A stretch of 64,000 nt of DNA from Patescibacteria group bacterium. GTDB lineage: Bacteria; Patescibacteriota; Saccharimonadia; Saccharimonadales; Saccharimonadaceae. Location: positions 87,425 to 151,424 of the forward strand of contig JAZKIT010000002.1 in NCBI GenBank assembly GCA_040384745.1. Direction: 5' to 3'. Both the position numbers and the translations under genes were made by a program. Below the pieces are notes generated by a model. That model was not told the DNA's origin. It searched no databases and saw nothing but the letters and a program-made list of their open reading frames with translations. Of the stretch, positions 16,571 through 23,424 are shown in pieces (position 1 is the stretch's first letter; every line of letters begins with the position of its first letter).

Positions 16571-16617
16571 CGGTTCACTGGCGCAGCAACTTTAGCCGAT
16601 GCAAGCCAGTGGTTCGG
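16571..16617 (+). repeat. Hairpin whose 3' arm copies the upstream tRNA T-arm (element C)
   Basis: gccagtggttcg (16605-16616) is an exact 12-nt direct copy of tRNA positions 16487-16498. It pairs with cactggc (16576-16582) plus wobble pairs. Confidence 0.7.
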
Positions 16618-16680
16618 TCGTTAGTCTCATGCCCGATTTGTCGACACATAGATCAACGCGCACTACCCTTTTCGGGTGGC

Positions 16681-17220
16681 TTAAGCGACTATCCGGCTCA
16701 CTATCGGAGACTCATCACTTTCGATTGCCTCTACAACTCGCGATGTCGCAGTGCGAGAGAGTAATGCAAGTAGCCTCTCGCGGCCAACGTTTTCGCCGTG
16801 GATCACTGCTTCGGAATGTGCAATGCTTCCGTCTTTCATCTTTACCTTCGGGCGGGTCCACACAATAACACAGTCCTCATACCCGCCTTCGTATACAGCT
16901 ACTTCGTCGGGTCTTTGGAGTACTTCGGCCTCGACTTTTTCGGGGGTGTCTTCGAACTTCGTTCCGTCATTGAATCGCGCAAGAGAGCTTAACTTTTTGT
17001 CATCCGAAGGTCTACCCATGATGCCTCGGACTTTTTCGATATAACTCACAAGATCTTCGGCAGTCGACCACATGACACTCTGTCCATTTTCGTCGATTTC
17101 GAAATGAACGTATTCTTCGCCCACGAACTCCGCATATAGAAGATCCATCTCCTCGAAGCCTGGGCTCGGCTCGTCCTTGATCCGCACCGTTTCCCATGTG
17201 ATTTCTGTATGACTTGTCAT
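16681..17220 (-). CDS. Hypothetical acidic protein
   Basis: 179-aa ORF from ATG 17220 (MTSHTEITWETVRIKDEP...). No recognised motif. Confidence 0.6.
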   Translation of the reverse strand: MTSHTEITWETVRIKDEPSPGFEEMDLLYAEFVGEEYVHFEIDENGQSVMWSTAEDLVSYIEKVRGIMGRPSDDKKLSSLARFNDGTKFEDTPEKVEAEVLQRPDEVAVYEGGYEDCVIVWTRPKVKMKDGSIAHSEAVIHGENVGRERLLALLSRTATSRVVEAIESDESPIVSRIVA

Positions 17221-17390
17221 AGTAATTATTACGATACAGAAGTTAGCTGGACTTATCAAACAGTAGGCTATTAGGACTACGTTGCGGACTAACTAAAATA
17301 TTTTTACGGCTAGATTATAGCGGTGTGAATTAATTCGCATATAGTACCAGCTAAGCAGCGCATACTGAGAAGTATTAATAGGAGGTTGAA

Positions 17391-17762
17391 ATGATACATA
17401 TAACATCAACTCACGCGAACTTTAGTGTCAATGACATCGAGGCGGCCAAAGACTTCTATGTGAATAAGCTCGGGCTTAGGCTTTATAAAGAACGGAAGGA
17501 TAATATCGTGCTTCAAAGTACGTCTGAAAGCAAAGTGAATATATACCTTAAAGAGGATCATGCCCCTTGGAACTCGACCGTTTTAGGTATTGAGGTGGAC
17601 GACCTAGAAAGCGCCCTCACTGACCTGGCCGAGAGCGGCGTTACGGTTGAAAAGGTACCTGGAACGGACGACAAAGGAATCATGCACGATACCGATACGG
17701 GTGATGTTGCGTGGTGCAAAGATCCAGCCGGTAACTGGGTGTGCATTAGTACCGGCGTATAG
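17391..17762 (+). CDS. VOC/glyoxalase-bleomycin resistance family protein
   Basis: AGGAGG SD. The N-terminal HANFSVNDIEAAKDFYVNKLGLRL is typical of a glyoxalase-fold beta-alpha-beta module. 123 aa. Confidence 0.75.
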   Translation: MIHITSTHANFSVNDIEAAKDFYVNKLGLRLYKERKDNIVLQSTSESKVNIYLKEDHAPWNSTVLGIEVDDLESALTDLAESGVTVEKVPGTDDKGIMHDTDTGDVAWCKDPAGNWVCISTGV

Positions 17763-17875
17763 ATTAACGCGCACTATCCACTTGGGTGTGCCATTTGCGT
17801 TATACATAAAACTACCCTGCCTTATGTATGGAGTAGTTTGCCCGTAATAACCATATGCTTTATAACTAAGGCAGA

Positions 17876-18403
17876 ATGAAAACGCAAAAAGGCTTCACGA
17901 TAGTCGAGCTACTGATAGTTATAGTAGTCATGGCTATCTTGGCCGCGATAACAATTGTAGCGTTTAATGGTGTCCGTCAGAGAGCCGAAGACACCAAACT
18001 TGTTTCTGTTATCAATAGTTACATAAAAGCCGTAAAGTTATATAAAGCCGAAAACGGTACTTATCCGAATGTTTCAACGTTTTGTCTTGGCGTAGAGGGT
18101 GATTTGCCAGCAACTGCCAGGTTTGCCAATAATATCTGCGGCCAAGGTAACTGTGGTAACTGCTTGCGCAATGACACTTTAAACGCTGCACTCGCGCCTT
18201 ATATGAAAACTCCGCCCCGTGCCAACTTTACGGAAGAATTTCTTAGAAATAACGGGCAATACTTACGAGGCATAATATATTCGGGCGACGCCGGCTCATA
18301 CTACTACTCGTACCCAATCAAACCAAATCGGTCTTGCCCCATAGGTAATGTTGAATTTACCGAAACCAATGTAAGGAGTTGTTATGATTATGTGGATAGT
18401 TAA
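17876..18403 (+). CDS. Type IV pilin
   Basis: MKTQKG|FTIVELLIVIVVMAILAAITIVAFNG, with several Cys in the C-terminal head domain. Confidence 0.85.
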   Translation: MKTQKGFTIVELLIVIVVMAILAAITIVAFNGVRQRAEDTKLVSVINSYIKAVKLYKAENGTYPNVSTFCLGVEGDLPATARFANNICGQGNCGNCLRNDTLNAALAPYMKTPPRANFTEEFLRNNGQYLRGIIYSGDAGSYYYSYPIKPNRSCPIGNVEFTETNVRSCYDYVDS

Positions 18404-18451
18404 TGCTGGTTAGATTAGTAGTTTAGAAGCGTGTTGCGGCTGGACTGTGAG

Positions 18452-18892
18452 TTAGCTCACTTCTCTTTCGGCTAAAGCCTTAACTCGATTCAATGCCTTG
18501 GGGTAGCTGATTTTAAACTCTTCCTCCAGTTCTGATGGAACGTCAAACGCAACGGATAAGGTTGTAATGCCGTCGTTCTCTGTTAACAAGTAACTTTCTT
18601 GGCCACCAGTCCATTCTTTTTCACGTTCTCGCTCCCCGTTATCTTGCGTATCTGCACTGTGTCTGAGGAGTAAAAACTCGCCCGGCGTCAGCTTTTCGAC
18701 CAAGCTCGTTACGCCGTACCCGCCGCTTGAGGAAATAAACTGTACTTCATTGCCCTCGTTAAGTTCGCCAACCATGTACGTTCCTGGGTCAATGATACTC
18801 GCCCATTGCCGAAAGGGTTCGTCTTGCCACAGGGTATCCCAAACCTTTTCTTTGGGTGCATGTATTTCAACCTGGAATTGCATTTCATTCAT
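18452..18892 (-). CDS. SRPBCC/AHSA1-like family protein
   Basis: EIHAPKEKVWDTLWQDEPFRQWAS... is the typical START/AHSA1-like N-terminus. 146 aa. Confidence 0.65.
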   Translation of the reverse strand: MNEMQFQVEIHAPKEKVWDTLWQDEPFRQWASIIDPGTYMVGELNEGNEVQFISSSGGYGVTSLVEKLTPGEFLLLRHSADTQDNGEREREKEWTGGQESYLLTENDGITTLSVAFDVPSELEEEFKISYPKALNRVKALAEREVS

Positions 18893-18974
18893 AGTTTCAT
18901 TTTAGCTCAAAACACGCAGCTATAGGTAATAGGTGCAGGCCGTGTCCGTTGAATCGAACTGGTATTATGAGAGT

Positions 18975-19223
18975 ATGAAGAACACATGGAATTCGAGTGA
19001 CCCGGAGCTGCAGCGGAGGTGCGTCGATGCCGTCATAGCCCGGGTCGATGATATTGGTGATTCGTCTGCCGGAATTATTGCGGCGCAAGATATTATCGAT
19101 ATAGTCACCGAGCATTTAGCACCCGAAATCTATAACAACGGCGTTAGTGACGCTCAAAAAATGATTGTGGCCAAAATGACCGATCTTGAAATTGAGCTTG
19201 ATGGGCTCCGTCGGAGTTCGTAA
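18975..19223 (+). CDS. DUF2164-like small protein
   Basis: IGDSSAGIIAAQDIIDIVTEHLAPEIYNNGVSDAQKMIVAKMTDLEIEL resembles the DUF2164 pattern from memory. Confidence 0.55.
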   Translation: MKNTWNSSDPELQRRCVDAVIARVDDIGDSSAGIIAAQDIIDIVTEHLAPEIYNNGVSDAQKMIVAKMTDLEIELDGLRRSS

Positions 19224-19915
19224 TGCCTACTTCCAAAAAACAACCGGTTCCCCAGCAGATTCAATTTATGGCTGGCTTCGTTATTCCAACCATCATTCTA
19301 CTGACGCTCAGCGACGAATCGAAGCTCGGACCGCTTCTTGGCATGGCATTATCGCTGGCCTTCCCCGTTACGGTCGAACTGTATGCGCTTTTGACGGGCC
19401 GTAAACAAAGCCTCATCTCACTATTCGCCATTATCGGAATATTGCTTATTGGGGCAATCAGCCTATTCGGGTTGAGTGAAGAGTGGCTGGCTGCCAGGCG
19501 TGCGGCGATTTATGCGATTGCCGCATTCGGGCTTATTGTGGTGGCGCGATTCAGGCCGCGGTTGATTGACGCGGGGCTCGGACGGCTATTCGACATGTCG
19601 GTAGTTATGGCTGCGGCGCACAGGCGTCAACGTGAGGATGAACTACGCCGAACGACTACGATGGCCGTGTATATACTCGCATTCGTGCTGCTCGCGGTGG
19701 CAATTTGGAGTTATATTTTGACGCTCATCGTTATAACCGCGCCGACCGGATCGAGTGCCTTCAATGCCGAGTACGCCCAGCTGCGCATACTTAGTCTGCC
19801 CTTTGTGACGCTACCACTCATGGTCGCCACCGTCGGACTAGTCATGTATGTATTCTCGCGGCTGGAACGACTAACTGGTATCGAAACTGAACAGTTGCTG
19901 AAAAAGAAGCGCTAA
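19223..19915 (+). CDS. Polytopic membrane protein (tentatively VC0807/septation-protein-A-like)
   Basis: Six predicted TM segments. Its start overlaps the previous stop. The family name is from memory only. Confidence 0.55.
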   Translation: MPTSKKQPVPQQIQFMAGFVIPTIILLTLSDESKLGPLLGMALSLAFPVTVELYALLTGRKQSLISLFAIIGILLIGAISLFGLSEEWLAARRAAIYAIAAFGLIVVARFRPRLIDAGLGRLFDMSVVMAAAHRRQREDELRRTTTMAVYILAFVLLAVAIWSYILTLIVITAPTGSSAFNAEYAQLRILSLPFVTLPLMVATVGLVMYVFSRLERLTGIETEQLLKKKR

Positions 19916-20241
19916 GCTCGTTGCTGGTACAGACTCGAGTCTCGGGGGCTCGATGAATCGTGGAAATCGTCTGTGTTCTCGAACGACGAGGCGGCAAAGG
20001 CGCCGGTAATCAATAGCAGGATGAACAGAAGCAGGACGGCAAGCGCGAATAGGACGGACAATCCGCCCATAATGATGCCAGCGATACTCATGCCTTTGTT
20101 TATTGGGTTCTTTAGTCCCATAATTCCGGTAATGATGGCCGGAATGCCGGTTAAGATACTCATGCCGGTGAGCGAAAGGATTCCGAGTACCAGCGAAGCG
20201 ATAGCAAGGTTGTTGGCTTCTGGCTGCTTTGGTTCGGTCAT
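19912..20241 (-). CDS. DUF4190-like small membrane protein
   Basis: LAIASLVLGILSLTGMSILTGIPAIITGIMGLK...GMSIAGIIMGGLSVL is the typical DUF4190 pattern. Confidence 0.65.
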   Translation of the reverse strand: MTEPKQPEANNLAIASLVLGILSLTGMSILTGIPAIITGIMGLKNPINKGMSIAGIIMGGLSVLFALAVLLLFILLLITGAFAASSFENTDDFHDSSSPRDSSLYQQRA

Positions 20242-20290
20242 GACTTCAGTGTACGCCCTTATCTGTTAAAATGAAATAACGGCAACAAAT

Positions 20291-20380
20291 GGAGAGGTGT
20301 CTGAGTGGTTTAAGGTGCACGACTCGAAATCGTGTGTGCGGTTAAACGTACCGGGAGTTCGAATCTCCCCCTCTCCGCCA
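20291..20380 (+). tRNA. tRNA-Ser (anticodon CGA), CCA encoded
   Basis: Acceptor GGAGAGG/CCTCTCC. Anticodon stem CACGA/TCGTG with loop CTCGAAA. Long variable arm. CTGTTAAAAT box upstream. Confidence 0.9.
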
Positions 20381-20393
20381 AGAGATTATTTTT

Positions 20394-21233
20394 ATGACCA
20401 ATCACTACGAATCACGCACGATTAACGTTATCTCGCTGAACGCGATGCTCGACAAAAAGCGGACCGACCAGGGGCTAATATTACCGCAGGATGAGCGTGT
20501 TCAGTCACTCGCAGCGACCATCAATAATTTCTCTGCCGAAAAAAGTGTCGTCGGTGTTCAGGAGGTGTTTAAAAGTGCCGCGCAGCACAACGGCGAAGTG
20601 CTTGCCGAACTGTGCGGCTACGGTCCCGGCTTTTGTGTTGAGCATAATCAACGACAAAATGCCTATCCCGGCGACAATCGTGGACGAGCCGATGAATACC
20701 TGCTGATGTTCGGTGAACTGGTCGACCGCGTCGACGACATCGACCTTGGCGATTGCCGCCACGCCGCCCTGGCGGACATTGGCGGAATCGCAATCGCGAT
20801 GGTGCACCCCAGAGCCGGGCGGTCCCTGAAGGCTCGATCGGCCCGCAAAGACCAAATGATTACTTTGGTAGACGCATTGAGCGGCTACGAAAGCGCCGTC
20901 GTATTCGGTGATTTGAACGAGCCGCCAGTCAGGTATGTATCTGCCGGACGCGACTATCTTGGGCGGCATGGATTCCGGTCGGCCAATGCGCTGCTCAGAC
21001 AGCCTTATCCACGAACGTACCCGACGGACGCATATAAGGAAATCCGGGGTATAACCCGACCGTTGCCCCTCGACGACATACTTGTTCGAGGTGAGCGGGT
21101 GCGCGTGCTGGCGGCGGGTGTGCTTGAAGCGGTGACTGAACAGCGGGCACAAACCGAAAAATACAGTGCGGCACCAATGGAAGCGAGTGACCATGTGGGC
21201 GTGTTTGCGACGCTTGACTTAGGCCAGATATGA
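20394..21233 (+). CDS. Endonuclease/exonuclease/phosphatase (EEP) family protein
   Basis: INVISLNAM near the N-terminus, VVFGDLNE in the middle and SDHVGVFATLDL at the C-terminus are the typical EEP catalytic motifs. Confidence 0.75.
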   Translation: MTNHYESRTINVISLNAMLDKKRTDQGLILPQDERVQSLAATINNFSAEKSVVGVQEVFKSAAQHNGEVLAELCGYGPGFCVEHNQRQNAYPGDNRGRADEYLLMFGELVDRVDDIDLGDCRHAALADIGGIAIAMVHPRAGRSLKARSARKDQMITLVDALSGYESAVVFGDLNEPPVRYVSAGRDYLGRHGFRSANALLRQPYPRTYPTDAYKEIRGITRPLPLDDILVRGERVRVLAAGVLEAVTEQRAQTEKYSAAPMEASDHVGVFATLDLGQI

Positions 21234-21282
21234 CTGAACCCCCGGCGAGCGGGGGCTCGAGCCAGGGGTAGTAGGAACATGG

Positions 21283-22050
21283 TCAGGCCTTCAGCCGCGA
21301 GAACCCTTCTTCGGGCGCAAGTGTCAAAAGGACGGGATCGATGTTTTCAACGAGAACACCGAGCGTGTTGTGCAGTTCTTCAACCAGCGTCAGGAGCGCT
21401 TCCGGGACGGATGCGACGTCGGGATCGAGGGTGAAGATTGGCAGGTCGTCGCTGTCGGAGTCGAACTCCTTCAAGTGGCGTCGGACTGTCTTCAGGACCT
21501 GATTGTAGACGTAGTTCTCCAGAGCGTCGTTGCCTTCCTGGGCTCGCTTCACCTGGTACACCTGAGTCAGCGACTTGTAAATTGCCTCCTCGTCATCTTC
21601 GACTCGCCAGTCAATCACCAGCAAATACCAGATGTTCTTGTCGTTGAAGGTTGCCTTGGTGGGATTGCCAAAGTCGGGTTCTTCGGGGGTGCTTCGTTTA
21701 CGAACGCTCTGCACCACCACGTCGAACCAGTGCTTGACGTAGAAGTGCTTCTTGCCCGGCAGCAGCAGTGTGCGCTTACCGGTCTTGCGCTTCGCGACAA
21801 TCTTGCCCCAGCGTCGGCGGTAGCCACGCTCGCCTTCCTCGAGGTTCTCGTTGGCAAAAATGCCGTGGCGAACCAGGAAGAACAGACCGAAGAACGTTCC
21901 CGCTACGATGGTGCTCCACTTGATCGCAGACAGGACGCTGAAATCTCCAGACATGACCTGCGTTGCAAGGCCCGGTCCGAACGGAAGTGCTACCACCGTA
22001 AGAACCGTCGAAGTGCCAATGAGCCAGGCGGCTCCTTTTCTCATGTTCAC
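21283..22050 (-). CDS. Hypothetical membrane-anchored protein
   Basis: AGGAGG lies 9 nt upstream of GTG 22050 (ATG 22044 is the alternative). It has two N-terminal TM helices and a charged C-terminal domain. The long plus-strand ORF 21370..22182 is its antisense shadow. Confidence 0.6.
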   Translation of the reverse strand: MNMRKGAAWLIGTSTVLTVVALPFGPGLATQVMSGDFSVLSAIKWSTIVAGTFFGLFFLVRHGIFANENLEEGERGYRRRWGKIVAKRKTGKRTLLLPGKKHFYVKHWFDVVVQSVRKRSTPEEPDFGNPTKATFNDKNIWYLLVIDWRVEDDEEAIYKSLTQVYQVKRAQEGNDALENYVYNQVLKTVRRHLKEFDSDSDDLPIFTLDPDVASVPEALLTLVEELHNTLGVLVENIDPVLLTLAPEEGFSRLKA

Positions 22051-22178
22051 TGTGGTACACCTCCTTCTCGGAATAGGCCACAGATACCTAAACCATACCA
22101 TGCCTTGTCAGCCTGCGATAGATATTTTTTCGTTGTCTTTTTAAATACACGCAACACTACCTGGGATATAATGAAGCT

Positions 22179-22577
22179 ATGACAGAACCAAGCGTTTTCA
22201 CCAGAATCATCAACGGCGAGATTCCGAGCCACAAGGTGTACGAAGACGAGCACACGCTCGCCTTCCTCGATATCTATGCCGTCATTAAGGGACACACTCT
22301 CGTAATCCCAAAGAATCAGGTCGAATTTATGTGGGATCTGGACGACGAAACGTACCAGGCGGTGACTGAGACTGTAAAAAAAGTTGCGCTTCGTTTGCGC
22401 GAACACATGGGAACAAAATATGTTGCCGAAAAGGTTATCGGTGTCGATGTGCCCCATGCGCATGTGCACCTCATTCCATTTAACGACACCAGCGACGTTC
22501 ACCGGGCGAATCGGGAGAATGCCGACCCTGACCACGAGGCGCTCGCCCAGCTGGCCAAAGATTTGTATTTCGAATGA
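22179..22577 (+). CDS. HIT (histidine triad) family protein
   Basis: IFTRIINGEIPS...HTLVIPK...HAHVHLIP. TATAAT lies 6 nt upstream of the ATG. Confidence 0.9.
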   Translation: MTEPSVFTRIINGEIPSHKVYEDEHTLAFLDIYAVIKGHTLVIPKNQVEFMWDLDDETYQAVTETVKKVALRLREHMGTKYVAEKVIGVDVPHAHVHLIPFNDTSDVHRANRENADPDHEALAQLAKDLYFE

Positions 22578-23029
22578 TAACGGTTCTTAGTATTGGCAAG
22601 AAGCACGAAGAGTGGGTTCAAGCTGGCATTGAACGCTACGAACGGCGCCTGCGTCAGCCATTCGATGTGCAGTGGGTATTGTTGCCACATAGTTCGCTCG
22701 AAGGTCGTCAGGCCCGCCTGGAGGAGTCGGAGCGCATATTGTCACGACTTCACGACGATGCGTATGTGGTATTGCTCGATGAAACGGGTCGGATGGTCGA
22801 CTCCCCAGAGCTGTCGCGGCTCATCGACGTTCAGCACGTAGGTGCTAAGGCGGTGACGATCGTTATTGGGGGTGCTTATGGTGTCGATGAGCGCATACAC
22901 GCGCGAGCGAATATGGTGCTGTCGCTTTCGAAACTGGTCTTTCCGCACCAACTCGTCAGGCTCATTGTTATTGAGCAGCTCTACCGTGCTCAAGAGATAT
23001 CACGGGGTGGCAGGTACCATCACGAATAA
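22574..23029 (+). CDS. rlmH: 23S rRNA (pseudouridine1915-N3)-methyltransferase RlmH
   Basis: SPOUT-type C-terminus IVIGGAYGVDERI...LSLSKLVFPHQLVRLIVIEQLYRA. ATGA overlap with the HIT gene. Confidence 0.85.
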   Translation: MITVLSIGKKHEEWVQAGIERYERRLRQPFDVQWVLLPHSSLEGRQARLEESERILSRLHDDAYVVLLDETGRMVDSPELSRLIDVQHVGAKAVTIVIGGAYGVDERIHARANMVLSLSKLVFPHQLVRLIVIEQLYRAQEISRGGRYHHE

Positions 23030-23047
23030 ACAGAGTACGACCGTATA

Positions 23048-23076
23048 TTGACATTTAATCAAGCTTATGCTACTAT
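23048..23076 (+). promoter_or_regulatory. Canonical sigma-70 promoter
   Basis: TTGACA, a 17-nt spacer, then TACTAT (TGC-extended). Confidence 0.6.
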
Positions 23077-23103
23077 GAAGTAGTAAACCAATCAAAAACA
23101 AAT

Positions 23104-23424
23104 ATGTTCAACCTTACTTTTACTGCACCAATTTCACTCTTCGTTAGCCTGGCCGCCTTGGCCGGTGTGACACTTCACGATACGAAGCTCGACAAGCTTG
23201 CGACGTCGTTCGCTGGTATCCCTGCCCTAATGTCGCACGCTGAATCTGGAGCGAGAAGCATGTCGGGTGATCCGCATACGCATGTCGAACGAGTCAGCCT
23301 TAATAACATGCAATCGTCGCAGCCACGCTTGGCGCCGCGTGCCGACCACAAGAAGCACATGATTCAGAAGAATATGCCCAAAGGCGCCCATCGCTATGAC
23401 GGCTACGCCCTTCCTATCGCTTAG
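23104..23424 (+). CDS. Hypothetical secreted/anchored protein
   Basis: It has an N-terminal hydrophobic segment and is basic/His-rich. No recognised motif. Confidence 0.45.
   Translation: MFNLTFTAPISLFVSLAALAGVTLHDTKLDKLATSFAGIPALMSHAESGARSMSGDPHTHVERVSLNNMQSSQPRLAPRADHKKHMIQKNMPKGAHRYDGYALPIA

Noticed and set aside
13097-20380. Integrated mobile element at one of the tRNA genes
   Set aside because: There is no integrase, excisionase or phage/ICE gene nearby. The partial T-arm copies lie only about 50-120 nt from the tRNA, too close to bracket an element.
20505-21194. 229-aa minus-strand ORF inside the EEP gene, plus similar long antisense ORFs at 7346..8134, 60349..60996 and 28652..29173
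   Set aside because: Each is embedded in a gene with clear family motifs on the other strand. They are Arg/Ser/Cys-rich junk-like sequences without start signals.
21370-22182. 270-aa plus-strand ORF
   Set aside because: It lies fully antisense to the 21283..22050 gene. Its sequence is Leu/Val/Gln-rich, typical of a shadow frame. It has no SD or promoter, and the minus-strand frame has an AGGAGG SD and a sensible TM-plus-soluble architecture.
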